Source: Octopus sinensis (Eukaryota). From it: a stretch of 64,000 nt of DNA. The stretch spans positions 134,664,001-134,728,000 of the forward strand of contig NC_042997.1 in the NCBI RefSeq assembly GCF_006345805.1. The letters run 5' to 3'. This document shows, one piece after another, positions 36,770-51,899 of the stretch (within the stretch, counting starts at the first letter, position 1; each line of letters begins with the position of its first letter). Made by a program: the position numbers and the translations under genes. Below the pieces are notes generated by a model. That model was given only the letters and a program-made list of their open reading frames with translations. It made no database searches and was not told where the DNA came from.

Positions 36770-37800
36770 CCAGAATGGACACATTTAGTACACAAGACGA
36801 AGGGGACGACACTGATTTGATATCTGATTATGTTAACAAGGAATATGGATTTCATATGTCCGAAAACAAAAAAGGCAAACCTACGTATGCTATCTAGATA
36901 CTATGTTGTACCGAATGGTCAATTCTCTATCGTCACAGAACAGAGAGAGTATGAAATTCTGGAAATGAATACCGAGAAGTCTTGGTCATTCGCAGTCCCA
37001 ATGACCAAGACCTCAGATAAACAGAATAGTATTATTCTAAGTATCCACATGGGCTGTGGAGATAGTGACACTGCTCGCTGCTTGGCAATCATCTTGATGT
37101 CGAGAGAACAAAGGCTAAAATTTTAGAGAGGTTTTATTGAAAAAATATGAGCAAAGACACGAAAGAGTTCGTTTTTGTCTTGTAATTGGTGTCAAAATGT
37201 GAACCCTGTTCGCAAAATTAATGTTGGAGCACTTTATCCTTTTCTTGTGCCAAATGAATTGATGGCCCAAATTGGTGTCGATGCCACCAATTTGCCGAAA
37301 ACAGATGATGGTTATTGCTGCATTGTTTTTGCATTGGATTACTTTTCCAAATGGCTCGAGGCTCGACCATTGAAAGGTCAGACAGCGGAAAGCGTGGAGA
37401 AGTTTTCTCTTTGAAGATGTTATTTGTTGGCACGGCTGTATAAATATCCAGATAAATGGTCAAGGAGGAGAATTCGTAAACAGAGTGCCTGCAGAACTAC
37501 ATAAATTGACAGGAACACAGCAGCACATAACAAGCGATTATCACCCTCAGGCAAATGGTCTCGTGGAGCGACAGAATTGCTCTATAAAAGATACTTTTAT
37601 CAAATCCCTTCAGAACCGTGACAACTGGGTTCAATGCTTACAAACAGTTCTGTTTGCGTGTCGAACAGCAAAACATCCTTCAATACAATTTGCAATGATC
37701 AATTTGGAAATGATCAATCTATATCTATAAAAACTTATGTTATAGAAGCCATTCGGGACAGTATGATTTCTCGACTTGCCTCCAGGATTAGAACTGCTCA
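36770..37800 (+). mobile_element. Ginger/gypsy-type integrase remnant
   Basis: KKANLR..S.YYV, HxG...C..CQ zinc-binding region, GVDATNLP...ALDYFSKWLEARPL and TSDYHPQANGLVERQN; several stops and frameshifts. Confidence 0.8.
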
Positions 37801-37844
37801 GTCCGTTCAAAAGCAAGAATGCAATAGAAAACATGAGCAACAAC

Positions 37845-38900
37845 AGTACTTGGGGATATTAGAAATGGATAAATTGATGGAAGAAGAAATGACGGAAAAA
37901 TTTAAGATGGAGTACTTGCGCAGACTAAGACTGATCCTTAAGTCAAAATCTAATGGTTGGAATAAGATTGAAACTATCAACACCTGGACAGTTTCAATCC
38001 TTGGATATGGAACGGGCTTAATCGCATAGACAGTAGACGAACTAAATAGCTTAGAGAGAAACACAAGTAAGTTGCTGATTAGATATGGGTTACTCCACCG
38101 AAAAAGTGACACAAGCAGACTGTATGTACCACGAGAAAGAGCGGAAGTGGACTGATTGAATACGAAGACAGCATTAGAGCAGAAGAAAACATTATAGCAT
38201 TGTATGCAAAACCACAGAACCGCTATTATTGGAAATAGGAAGGTTACGCTTGTTTAGGATGGAAGATTGCAAAGATAAAGCACTGTTCAAGCACTTGAGA
38301 ATGAATGAAACTGAAAATTCGTGGTTAAAGGAGAATGCATGGACAATTTGATAGGGATGTTGAAGATAAGAGAGGCAGAAAAAAATGAAGATGGTTATGA
38401 ATGACTAAAATTGATTTAAACCCGGAAACAGAGGCTTTAATTTGTGCTGCCCAAGAGCAAGCATCAAATACCAATTACATCAAATACAGAATAGACAACA
38501 CATCAGAAAGTGATAAGTGCAGAATTTGTGTACAAAATGGTGAACCGTATTGCATATTACACGTCAATGTACGCCACTAACCCGGAAAGAATATAAGAGA
38601 CGTCAGCAGTTAAGCAGTTGTGGTCGCTGAAAAATGTGATAGCATTTCCAATAATTGTCGGAGACATGGGAACAATGAGTAAAAATCTTTAGAAGTACAT
38701 GGAACATATAGAGGCTGCAATAATAGTGGAGCACATGCCGAAAACTACACTGCTCAGAACCGCTTGAATAATCCTGATGGTGCTCGAAAAATAAGGGTTG
38801 TTTTCTTAGTTCTCTGTAGTGAACAGCCAAGTGTGTAGTACGTCTCCAGTGTTCCAAGTTGTGGAAGACAATGCAATAATAATAATAATAATAATAATAA
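37845..38900 (+). mobile_element. R4/Dong LINE 3' portion ending in (AAT)n
   Basis: [36 protein letters not shown] and KCRIC; (AAT)n tail at 38875-38900. Confidence 0.8.
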
Positions 38901-39018
38901 TTGCCTTACTGACCTGCCCGAGAATCTAGGAAACACTGTTACCGATATAGAAAATCACGAATGCAAACAGTTTAGTTGATGTGAATATATTTTGTGTAAA
39001 TGTGTAAGCACACATTTA

Positions 39019-39073
<55 letters not shown>

Positions 39074-40049
39074 ACTAAGCCCATAAAAAATATATATATG
39101 TGTGTCACTGTGTCCGTGTGCGTTGTGCATCCTGAAAATTCTGTCATTGTTAGTTTTCACGGATTGGACGCTTTGTTGAGCATGTCACTCCAATTCGCGT
39201 CTGACGAAACGGCCTAGCCTTCCTGCAAAACTCATATCCTCAATTTTCTTGGGTTAAATGTCGGTGGATCGAGTGCATGTTTACTCACGCGTAAATATAA
39301 CATCTAAAATATTAGCGACGACTATCAAGTCTTTTGTGAGTTACAGCTATGGTTTTCTAAATACATTTGAACGTACACACCTATGTAAGCAAGTATGTAT
39401 TTATAAGGGTATCACATGGCATCAAAAATGAATCATTCCAGTAATTGTTTTTGACAATAGCTTTTCTCCTGTAACGAGGGTGCAGCTATGATTTACGTAT
39501 GTATGTATGTATGTATGTATGTATGTATGTATGTATGTATGTATGTATGTACGTATGTGAGTGTGTGTGTGTGTAAGTGTGTGGTGTGTGTGTGTGTGTG
39601 TGTGAGACTGTGCACGCGTCTTTTTCTTTTTGGCCCTCACCACCGGTTGACAAATGGTGCTGTTATATTTACATTTAGCAACTTAGCACCGCCGCAAAAA
39701 TATTCGTTGGGATAAGTGCCAAGCTTCGAAAACCAGACTGGTGGTAATTCACTCACCTAAAAAATCTTGAATGCGGTGTCACAGCATGGCCGCATTCTCA
39801 TGACCGAAAGAGTAAATACATATATACATATATACATTTGTGTGTGTGTATCTATACATAACATTCAAGACCCAAGGACTTATTCTTTGTAAGCCAAGTA
39901 ATAATTCTATCGGCCTCTTTTGCCGCGCCGCTAAGTTACGAGGACGTAAACACACCAGCATCGGTTGTCAAGCGATGTTGGTGGGGATAAACACAGACAC
40001 ACAAACATATGCACACACATACATATATATACATATATATATATAATAT

Positions 40050-40092
<43 letters not shown>

Positions 40093-40358
40093 TATATATA
40101 CGACGGGATTCTTTCAGTTTCCGTCTACCAAGTCCACTCACAAAGATTTGGTTGGCCCGAAGCTATATTAGAAGACACTTGCCCAAGGTGCCACGCAGTG
40201 GGACAGAACCTGGAGCCGAACCATATGGTTCGTAGGCAAGCTACTTACCACACAGCGACATCTACGCCTATGAGCGTTGTCAGAGTTCGTTACGGTGAGT
40301 CGAACCCCGCATCCCTGAGAATGGTTGAGTACTCTGACCATTAAGCTAAACGGCCTTT

Positions 40359-40405
<47 letters not shown>

Positions 40406-40409
40406 CATG

Positions 40410-40590
40410 ATAGATCGTTAGCCACTACAAACATTTTTTCTCTCCTTGTTTTCTGCGTCCTTCTCTGTTGAAGAGCGTAGGGTCGAAACATAAAAGACTT
40501 TTTCTATTCCGATCGTTATACTAATACATCTGTTTGCTTTGTTACACCACCCGTCTTCGCTTGTTTTATTCTGTAGACTCTCCCTATATA
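40410..40590 (+). repeat. Penelope-type interspersed repeat with a relic hammerhead
   Basis: ctgttga-agagcgtagggtc-gaaac (core altered); related minus-strand copy at 58870-58980. Confidence 0.45.
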
Positions 40591-40603
40591 TAATATATAT
40601 ATA

Positions 40604-40637
<34 letters not shown>

Positions 40638-40676
40638 ATAGGGAGGAGAGTCTACAGAAAAAAAACAATATATATA

Positions 40677-40755
<79 letters not shown>

Positions 40756-43700
40756 ATATAATATAAAATCCCTTATTCTTTAATTCTTTTACTTCATTCA
40801 GACATTAAGCTATACGGCCCCTGATACACACCTACACACACACACATATATATATATAATTATATATTCTCTTATTCTTTAATTCTTTTACTGCATTCAG
40901 ACATTTGACAGCGGCCATCCTGGAGCACCAGCTGGGAGGTATTTAGTTAAACAAATCGATCCCAGAACTTATTTTCTATGTCTAGTTAAGTTACGGGGAT
41001 GGCAACACGCGAACACATGCTTCTCAATCGTTCATGCGGGTGATAAATACATAAAAAATGACAAACACATGCACACACACACGCACACACACACACACAC
41101 GCGCGCGCGCACACACACACACATTCGACGAGCTTCTCTCCTTTCCGTCTACCATATCCACTCACAAGTCTTTGGTCAGCCGTGGCTATTGTCAGACTGA
41201 ACCTAGAACCATGTAGTTGGGAAGCAAGATTCTTTTCAATTCTAGGCACAAGGCCCGAAATTTTGGAGGAGGGAACCAGTCGATTAGATCGACACCAGTA
41301 CACAACTGGAACTTAAGTTATTGAGCCCGAAAGAATAAAAGGCAAAATCGACGTCTGTGGAATTTGAACTTAGACCTTAAAGACAGACGAAATACTGCTA
41401 AGCATTTCGCCCGGCGTGCTAATGTTTCTGCCCCCTCGCCCCCTTCTGCAGGCTTCTTAGCACAGAGCCATAGCACACACAAACCTCTTATTATATGTTA
41501 CGCTGATCAGTTATAGCGGTGTTAATAAGAAGTACTCCATCGAGCGTGAGGTAAATATCGTTTAATAAATATGCACAGGATTGAAATGTGAGCTAATTTA
41601 ATGCCATTCTTCTGACATTGCGAAAGTCGGACGAGCTTATATTGCATCTTGTATATCATTATGTTTACCGTTCAAGCGGAGACGCAATGTGAAATTGCAA
41701 GAAAGAAAGGAGAAACATAGTCTCGAGAGAATAAAATGATTTGAAATTATGTAGGGATGTTGTATAAGAGTTGTGTCCCTTTGAATAGGAATCATTGCTT
41801 GGTGAGGTGGATTTTGAGGCTGTGTTAAAAACTATATCATATTTAAAAGGTACAGCTCATTGGAGTAGCCACTTTACTTTGTTCATTGGAAATACGGCTT
41901 GAAGTTCGTCGGTATACAATTAATTTGATATGAAAATAAGAATGTTTATTACGATTGAGTTATGCGCTATCAATATAGCTTCTGTACTGTCCACCGAGTC
42001 CAGACTTCACATGCATAAGTTGACAAGTTCTAGCTCACAGAGAGATTCGAAGTCGTCGGCTACAAACACCATGGTTTGGACGGCCTATGGAAGTCTTGTC
42101 CGAGGTATGACCACTGTTATATGCAGACATTTTCGTGGATCCATGGGCGGGAGCTGAGTGTCAGGTGAGACACCAAACGGGTGAACAACTCCGAAGGGCA
42201 TCTCAAGTTCTACCCTTACTAACCCAATCAGACAACCTATGCATTGCATTGCAGGGGCACAATAAAAACACGAACTGTCCAACTCGTCGCCTGCAGTTCT
42301 AGCAGATAACAAGTGCTTGGTTTGCGGTAGTGCCTCCTGAGAACGCTTCGGTCTAAAAAGCCAAGGCCGGACACACCGTGCCCCGTTTCCTCAAGCCATT
42401 TGATTTCCTTCTTAATGTATTAGATCTATAACACGCAAACCACTAAGATTACCTTCCATATAGAAAAATGCTTACGAAGGATTTGCTCACTTTGTTTGCA
42501 GAAAGAATTTAAGTCCTGGAACTAAAATGTCATTATGTTCTAGGCGTGTGTCGTATGATGCTTTGGTGCTTAGTTGAGAGCCCAAAATTCCATGTTAACG
42601 AATAACATCTAAAATTCTGAATTCATTTTTTTGTTGTTAGCATGTAAATTACGGCATTTCCTTAACATACTTAGATAAAATATTTTGTAAAGTGTGGATT
42701 TTGAGATTTTTCATTGGTCATTAGCCTTCCTGAAGTATTGTTATCGTAACAGGTTAAGCAAGTTGAAAACTATTTTTCGTGTATTTCTTCGATTCTTGTC
42801 CAAGTTCGTTCGTATCAGAGGTGAATATATAGAGTGTCGTACTAGCGAGGTAATACCGCGAAATTTATACCTGGATTAAATGTTTCATAGGCACAGAGAC
42901 AAGGTCAGTCTGTATAAACAGTGATAGTGTTATCTCGAAAGGGCTTTTCCTTCCAGAGTGTAGCAGGAAAATTGCTTCACTAAATTTAACTGCATATTAC
43001 TAGGGTATAGTGTATTCATTCATGTTCAGCGACTAATGCAGTCAGTGAGTGGAGGTTAACAGGTTTTATTCAGATCAGAGAATGAAAATATGAACATAGC
43101 AAAGGACACATTATGTATTGAAATAATTTTTTTATTGATATTAGAATCCAATTTTTTACAATACAACAAATATATGATACAAATTGACATATATATGTCT
43201 TAAGTTTTGCATTATGGAAAAGCAAGAGAAAAATATATTTAAACAGTTTTACAGTCATTCTACGGATGATAAATATAATTGTAAATATATACATAGAAAA
43301 AATTAAATGGTATATCTTGAAAAAATGTTTATTCAGTAATTATGACATATATATATGTGTGTGTATGTGTGTGTGTGTATGTGTGTGTGTGCATGCGTGC
43401 GTGTGTGTGTGTGTGGAGGTGCTTGTGTGCCTGCAAATACACATACACACCAACGCTCACGCCTACATTTGCTAGCATAAATATATGAAATTATGTTAAA
43501 ATATATACAAAAATGCTTATATATATATTGTTTCAAAGTTATATATCAGTTAGAATTAAATATTTATGTAAATATTACATAAACGTTATTATGTGTGTTA
43601 ATTTTCTGGTGGACTGAGTACTAGTGTTTAAGTGAGCATAGGATATGGATATGGATACAGAGAATCTTGCGGCTATCACAGTATTCTCTAGCAGTTCACA

Positions 43701-44752
43701 TGATCATCAATTACATCGTAGTGTCATGTCAAATATGCAAGGACGCTAGCTTTCGTTATTTGAATCAATTTGTTAACATAAAATTGTTTTGTAAAAGGAT
43801 GAGCAATGATATGAACGAAAACATATAAGAATAAATCGTTGCATAGTTAAATTAATACATGAAGAAATTTGTGAAACGGCTGTAATTCTACCTCTCATTT
43901 ATTTACTTAAATAGAAAACAAAATGACGGTCAGATATGCACTCCCTCAAGTTAATCACTTAACATTATGAATATTCTTCCTGTGTTTTTGAAATGTTACT
44001 CAAATGAAATGAAATGTTGTTCATTATTACCAGAATTATTACAATTATTATCAGAATGCCAGCAAAGTCAGATAACATGTGCACTTTCATGTGTATACAG
44101 GTCTCTGTATTTATAGGCTTTGTTGATTCGTATAATGAGGATTAAACCATGAATATCGAAGTATTTCACGTTAGGGACATGTAGCGTATATGTAAATGCA
44201 TTCAACACCATTTATCGGTATAAAATATGTATATAAAAAGAATCTTGATATAGGTTTAGGTTAAAAAAGGAGAAATGTTAATAATGACTTAAATATGATA
44301 GTAAGCAGCATAATTTAAATATGATAGTAAGCAAAATAGAAAAACCAAATAATTTGCATGAAATATGTCTCATTTACGAAACAGCTGTTACGAAACAATA
44401 CTGTTTTTGTCAATGTATATATGTATTAAAATATTTTTAAATGTATGCTTATATACTTCTACATGTATGCATATTTCTATACAAATGTATATATTTAAAT
44501 TTATAGGTACTTGAGCGTGTGTATGTGTGTGTGTTGTGTCTATGTATAAACACAGAGAGAGAATGAGTGAGAGAAAAAAGGAAATAGTGAGAGAGCACGC
44601 ATTTAAATATGTACGCTTGTATGATATTTTGTGTGTGCATGTTTCGTATGTGTTTCGTATAACAACCACACAGTGGTTTACTTAAACTTCCATAACATTA
44701 TGAAAACTACTTGTGTTACACACAATTGAATGTTTGATGATGTTGGCCGATA

Positions 44753-45283
44753 TTACGACTCATATTCGTCGTCATTTCCTCCAGATATTACATCGACTTT
44801 CCGTGCGCACACACAGGCTGTGGCTACTTCGATGACACTTGGTTTATAAACGTACAGTCCATCAACACATTCAGCTGTACGTTTCAGGACAGTCATTGGA
44901 GTATAAACCATCACACATTGATGGTTACTGTCAGAGTCCAGACAGTCTGTACAGCGACACACGACTTCAGTACGGGATGGAGGAAAATATGTGGAATTGT
45001 GGGTAATTTTCAGGTACCATGGGCAGGTTGAACGCTCGCGGATAATATCAGTAGATACGGAAGATGTAGGGCAAGTTTTATCCCCTACGGTCAGTGCTTG
45101 TTGGTCACTTCCGGCTGGAGCTATTTCAGCTGGTAGAAAAAAGTTATTGCCGATCGCTGCATTGTATAGTTTCTCGTACTGGACTTTCAAGTCGTTTGGT
45201 ATATTACATTGAGTCGGAATTGACGCCGAAGATATGAAGAATACGACGTTGGTGAGGAGGAAGATCACAACTCGGAGGAGAAC
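44753..45283 (-). CDS. IL17: Interleukin-17-like cytokine, gene C, exon 2
   Basis: Same acceptor and cysteine pattern as B; 9 aa differences over the 171-aa ORF. Confidence 0.93.
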   Translation of the reverse strand, partial: VLLRVVIFLLTNVVFFISSASIPTQCNIPNDLKVQYEKLYNAAIGNNFFLPAEIAPAGSDQQALTVGDKTCPTSSVSTDIIRERSTCPWYLKITHNSTYFPPSRTEVVCRCTDCLDSDSNHQCVMVYTPMTVLKRTAECVDGLYVYKPSVIEVATACVCARKVDVISGGNDDEYES

Positions 45284-46690
45284 CTGCGTGATATAAAATT
45301 AATATGGGAAAATTAGTAATTACAGTTGAATATGACCCACAGCTAAATAAATAAACGAAAGCAAGTATAATGTACCACATATATCGCTTACATAAACTCA
45401 TTCACTTACTGTCTGACCGACTGTCTGACTAACTGACTCACCCACTCACTCACTAACTCATTCACTTACTCACTCACTCACTCACTCACTCACTCACTCA
45501 CACACTCTCTCTCTCTTTGCCAATGTATGTATGTGTAAATGTATTTTTAAATGAATGCTTATATACATGTAAATATATACATATTTCTATACACGCGTAT
45601 ATATTTATATTTGTATGTATATGTGTGTGAGTTTGTGCGCTAGAACAGCATAATAATTCGAATTGAGAAGTCATCATTAATTATTATTTGGATTCGAAGA
45701 ATATCGTTTGTATCATGAAAAAATAAAGTAGTTTTACAAATCTGTGCAGCGAAATAGAAATACGATTACATATAACAACACTATACACTGTTCTCGAATA
45801 TTTGTATTAGACAATCCACACATGCGTAATAGAATACAGGAGAGAATACAATCTTAAATCTCAAAATATTCCACATTCCGTAAGTTATGTGTAAAGTAAA
45901 CATTAACATATTTTCGCCTTCTTAACTCTTTATTATTTAATAGATTCTCTGGTGTACTTTATTCTTGTAAATAGAGGTAATATTCATCTTTTATTATTTC
46001 ATTAAATCTATGTAGTCCCTTAAATTCAAGTATCCATACCCAAAATAAGCTCAAACTAAGATAAAGTCAGCTTAGCAACATACCTTAGAGAAAGTACTAC
46101 ACCGATCCTATTCTTTCTCTTACACACCAATTCAAACATTTCCAGATTCCTCTAAACCATAACAGCCTTCCCCAATACCAACTCTGTTCTTTGAACCCAA
46201 ACGCAACTGCTCTGTTGATAACCTTCTAACTCCCCTCTCTATCCCTCACTCTACCTTCTCTCACAATTCTCTACGTTCGATACTAATCTGTCAGTCAAAT
46301 TATTTCTCTCACATAATCGCCATTGTGATTTTCACTATCACAACCTTAAATTCTAAACTTTCATACAAACTAACAAAGATTACCGTTCACTGTTCTATAT
46401 TTAAGAGATGAGGAATTATGTACATTATTTACATTATTTACAATTGACGGATATTTATCCTCATTTTGTTTGTTGTTAACTCAAAGATACGGCTGATATA
46501 TCCTCCTGCCTTCATCAGGTGTCTTGGGGACATTTCGAACCTGAGTAATTTTCGATGTTGTTGTTGTTGTTGTTATCATTATTATTATTATCATTATTAT
46601 TATTATTATTATATTATTATTATTATTATACTCTATTACAAATTACTAATACTATTACTACTACTACTACTACTGCTGCTACTACTACTG

Positions 46691-46729
<39 letters not shown>

Positions 46730-46822
46730 TTATTATTATTATTATCCCAAGGTGTAATCAATTTACAATATCTGTTTCTAATCTATAAAGCATATATATA
46801 TTGATAGATAGATATGTATATA

Positions 46823-46867
<45 letters not shown>

Positions 46868-48308
46868 ATATATATATATATATTATATATATATAAATAT
46901 ATATAATATATATATTATTATATATAAATATATATAAGCTATACAAGATAAATGACCAAATTGTTAAGTAAGCTGTATTAAATACACACCACACAGGTCT
47001 ACGCATATGTTTTGGTTTTTTGAAAATAAAACATTAAACAAAATGATGATGAATATTGGAATGAACCATTTTACTTTAATTGTGCAACCAGTTGCTCCTG
47101 TATGATAAAACTTATATTTTATTAACTGTCAATCAGTGAGATATTAAACTAAATCAATTGAAGATCAGACAACAGACTCAGTGGTTGTCAGTTTGTTTTC
47201 AACACAAGAAATGTCTTATGAAATTTTGCTCATGGATGATCTAAGTTATATGATATATAAAAACATGTACTATACAAATAAATATCAGTAAATTCTGAGT
47301 ACCTCATTTCTTCTCATATAAAATATCTGTACATATATATATATAGTATATATATATGTACATGTATACATATGTATATATATATATGTGTGAGTATATA
47401 TATACTATATATATGTATGTATGTATGATATGTAGGTATATGTATGTATGGCTGTACGTATGTATGTATGCATAAAAGGGTTTAAAAATCTCTTTTCCTA
47501 AAGGAAATGTTTATTGGAATGTGGAGAGTAATTTACACATTTTTTGAACGATCGTGACTTCAACTCAGGACATAGGAATCTTATGCTATGAAAATGTTTC
47601 GAAGAATGATGAATAACTTTTTAAAGCTCTATGTACAGGTTTTATGCTACTTTTTAACAGATAAATTTGAAGGCAATATGTCTCAGTGGTTAAAGCACCT
47701 GCCTCATAATCATGAGTGTCAAAAAATCGATTTCCGTGCCGGTGTGTGTTTGTGTTCTTAAGCAAAACACTATATTTCGCGTTGCTGTAGTTCCCCCAGC
47801 TGTGGAAATGAGGTGCGATGTCACTGGTGCTAAACGGTGTCGGCCTTTACTTATTAAACCATCGATGGCGTGGAGAGGGGAATCTGATATGCACTGGCCG
47901 GACTTAATGCTTTGGTGGAGAAACTTCTTGGAAGAATCCCTTGGACATTCAGGGCGAAAGGTGTTATTTCTTTTAATCAAGAAATAACTAAAAAGAGAGG
48001 GAAATGAATACACAGTTTATGTGCTACATATCCTTCTGTTTTAAGTTTCTTTAAATCATTTGCACGAATTCTACTCGTAGGAAAACATACGGGGCAATTT
48101 ATAAATATCTATATGCATATATGAAAGCAGAGAATTAGATCAATATACCACAGCCATAGAAATAAGTATCACATGTATAGTAATAATCTGCGTTAAGTAC
48201 ATAAGCAAAATGCTGCACTCATTCCTATGAATGATAGAAGAGTAAGCATAGACATAAGACTGAAGATGTAAATATTATAGTTGATATTAATAAGGTTTGT
48301 TTACTTAC

Positions 48309-48323
48309 GTTGGTGGTATTCAT
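48309..48323 (-). CDS. IL17: Gene C coding exon 1 (MNTTN, phase 0)
   Basis: ATGAATACCACCAAC|GTAAGT, identical to gene B. Confidence 0.8.
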
Positions 48324-48456
48324 TATAATGGATGGTCACTTGGAATGGAAAGGATGACAATCGTAGTATATTTGTATGTATTTTCAGATAAATCTTGAGC
48401 GTGCTAGTTTATCAAAATGATATTCGCTTGTGATGATAACAGCTCCTCTGAGATTA

Positions 48457-48496
48457 CTTATATATAATATTTTCACCGTGGAATTACCATATGTCA
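48457..48496 (-). promoter_or_regulatory. Gene C TATA box plus kappaB-like motif
   Basis: TATATATAAG at 48457-48466; GGAATTACC at 48480-48488. Confidence 0.55.
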
Positions 48497-48797
48497 CAAA
48501 GATGAATGATAACTAAAAAATTATAAATATAAACAGGCGGAACTAACAAATTTACGGAAAAAATTACTTCCAGTAATGTGAAAGATCTGATATAACGTGA
48601 AATAAATTGTGATCTTTAGAAATTACTGAGCGTCTAGAGTAACCAGGACATGGTTTAAGATTTGTTTCGTCTTTTACCTGTTAATGGGGTGTGGTACTTT
48701 GTGAGTTCTCTTAATACACAGGAACATAGACATAGTAAAATATTGTCTTAAGAAGTTTTCCGATCTATTTTTAATATAATTTATCATTTGTGTTGCA

Positions 48798-48880
<83 letters not shown>

Positions 48881-49069
48881 ATCTTTATCTATCTATCTCT
48901 ATGTATACATATATATATGTATATATATACATATATACATATACATATACATAAACATACGTACATATATATATATATATACATACATACATACACAGAC
49001 ACATATATATATACATATATATATACATATGCACATACACATACAAATATTTATACATATATATGTATA

Positions 49070-49116
<47 letters not shown>

Positions 49117-50375
49117 TAATTAGAGATAAAACCACGACTAGGCAAATCAACAGTGAAAATCATAAGCCATACATAGAAATAAAATTAATTAAAAAATATA
49201 TAAAAATATACTATATAAAATATAAAAATCCAATTAAAATATTAAAATTAAAGTTAAAAATTAAAAAATATTTAAATTAATAATTAAACTTATAAATTAT
49301 AAATATATTTATATAGAAAGGCATTGTGCATGCCAATGGTTCATATTTGGTTGATTAAAAATGTAATGGCAAGTATTTATTGACCTTTTTTTCCTTTAAA
49401 AATCGGCACGTATTTTCTAGACGACCCAATATATATATATATACAATGGGCGCATATAAATATTTCATTTATTTCTATTCGTATTTTCTACTGAAAAGGG
49501 AAAAATCTTTTGAGATTAATTCCGAAATTGATTCAATATAGAAATAACGAACTTTTTAAAAAGATTCTGTTGGCTAGCTTTTCTCGATTGCAGCACATAG
49601 TATTTCTGCAGTGGGTATATAATAATATATGGAAATTGACGGTATAAAACTCTGTTATCAGCATATTGGCATAAAAATAATTTTCTTTTGCCCTTGTTTA
49701 TAAGTTGCATATAATTTTAACATTTAAAGGTATTTAAATATGCTGCCCCATTTTTTATGAAATTTTTTCTGTAAAAACAATTTCATCCTATATTAGTAGT
49801 AGATTTATTACTATTCGCTATAAGGACTGGTAAACACTCTAAGCTGTGGGGAGATCAATTCACGCGTGCGCTGAGGTTAGCCAAAGTATTTATATTTGTA
49901 TACATATGGGGAACCTTTGTGTACCCATGACTTAAGCTTTGGGTATGTTTCTTCCATGGGCGCATGTAAGTATTTCATTTATTTCTATTCATATTTTCTA
50001 CTGAAGAGGAAAAAATCTATGAGATTAATTCCGAAATTGATTCAATATAGAAATAACGGAGTTTTTAAAAAAATTCTTTCCTCGATTTCAGAACAACGTA
50101 TTTCTATAGTGGTTATAATTTTGAAGTTGAAAGGTATTTTAATAAGCTGCCGCGTTTTTAATGGAAAATTTCTGTAAAAAAAACTTCATCCTATATTAAT
50201 AGAATATATATATATAATATATATATATGTAATTGTATGTTTGTATATATGTATGTATGTATGTACGTATGCATGTATGTATATATGGATGTATATATAT
50301 ACGTGTTTGTATATATATATATAATTAAATTACTGATAAAACCACTATTAGGCAAATATTATTATATATACATAC

Positions 50376-50409
<34 letters not shown>

Positions 50410-50460
50410 ATGTATATATATATATATATATATATATAGATATGAATATGTATGTATATT

Positions 50461-50536
<76 letters not shown>

Positions 50537-50537
<1 letters not shown>

Positions 50538-50723
50538 TATTACACAGAAGGAATCCACTTATAGGAATTCACACGTTAGAAGGAATAGCTAGGTTCTATA
50601 CCAAACAATTTTGGGATAAAATTCCTTCCTCTCAAATTTTATCCCACTTTTTGTGGTTATAGAACCTAGCTGTTCTTTCTAACGTGTTGAATTTCTATCA
50701 GTGGATTCCTTATGTGTAAATAT
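50537..50723. repeat. MITE-like palindrome
   Basis: ~65-bp imperfect inverted arms and an inner hairpin tgggataaaatt/aattttatccca. Confidence 0.7.
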
Positions 50724-51042
50724 ACACTATACCGTACCACTAAAATGTAGTCTTTTTGACTAAATGTTTCACACGTTGGACCACTTGACATATAACTTTT
50801 AATTAATTTCCATTTCCCTTTATATATATATATATGTATATATATGTATATATATGTTATATATATATATATATGTATATATAATATATATATGAATATA
50901 TTATATGTGTGTGTATTTATATATGTATATATGTATAACGCGTATATATATATATTTGTATATATGAGTGTCTGTATGCATATATATATATGTATATATA
51001 TATATATCTATGTATATGTATATATATTTTATATATATATTT

Positions 51043-51075
<33 letters not shown>

Positions 51076-51099
51076 TTGTGTGTATATATATATTCAAAG

Positions 51100-51159
<60 letters not shown>

Positions 51160-51171
51160 CGATAGATAGAT

Positions 51172-51206
<35 letters not shown>

Positions 51207-51227
51207 GGGAAAGATAGATAGATAGAT

Positions 51228-51285
<58 letters not shown>

Positions 51286-51602
51286 GAGAGAGATAAAAAC
51301 CTAGATAGATAGACAAGAGAAATAATAAAATATATTAAAAATAGTTTGGAAAGTTCTTATTTACTATGACTCTGTTCCTGTGTATTCAGACAACTCAGAA
51401 CGTACCACATCCGATTAACAGGTAAAAGAGGAAACAAATCATAATCTATGTCCTGGTTACCTCAAACGCTCTGCAATTATATAGATCACAACTTATTTCA
51501 CTTATACCAGATCTTTCACATCACCGAAGTAAATTTTTCCGTAAATTTGTTAGTTCCTCCTGTTTATATTTATAATTTTTTAGTTATCATTCATCTTTGT
51601 GA

Positions 51603-51702
51603 NNNNNNNNNNNNNNNNNNNNNNNNNNNNNNNNNNNNNNNNNNNNNNNNNNNNNNNNNNNNNNNNNNNNNNNNNNNNNNNNNNNNNNNNNNNNNNNNNN
51701 NN
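51603..51702. other. Assembly gap (100 N)
   Basis: Direct reading. Confidence 1.
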
Positions 51703-51863
51703 TGGATCTTATGTTATCTGGAAAGTCAGTTTATGGTGAAACTAGTAGATCTAGGCTGAGATGTTAATACCTATTACACAGCTGTTAATAAAAAAAGAAA
51801 GAATAATATATGTGTATTTGCATATCTGTACACACACACACACACATATATGAATATTTATGA

Positions 51864-51899
<36 letters not shown>

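Noticed and set aside
40280-40350. tRNA-like sequence on the minus strand (A box and ggttcgactc)
   Set aside because: No convincing acceptor or anticodon stem by eye; likely a SINE head or tRNA pseudogene.
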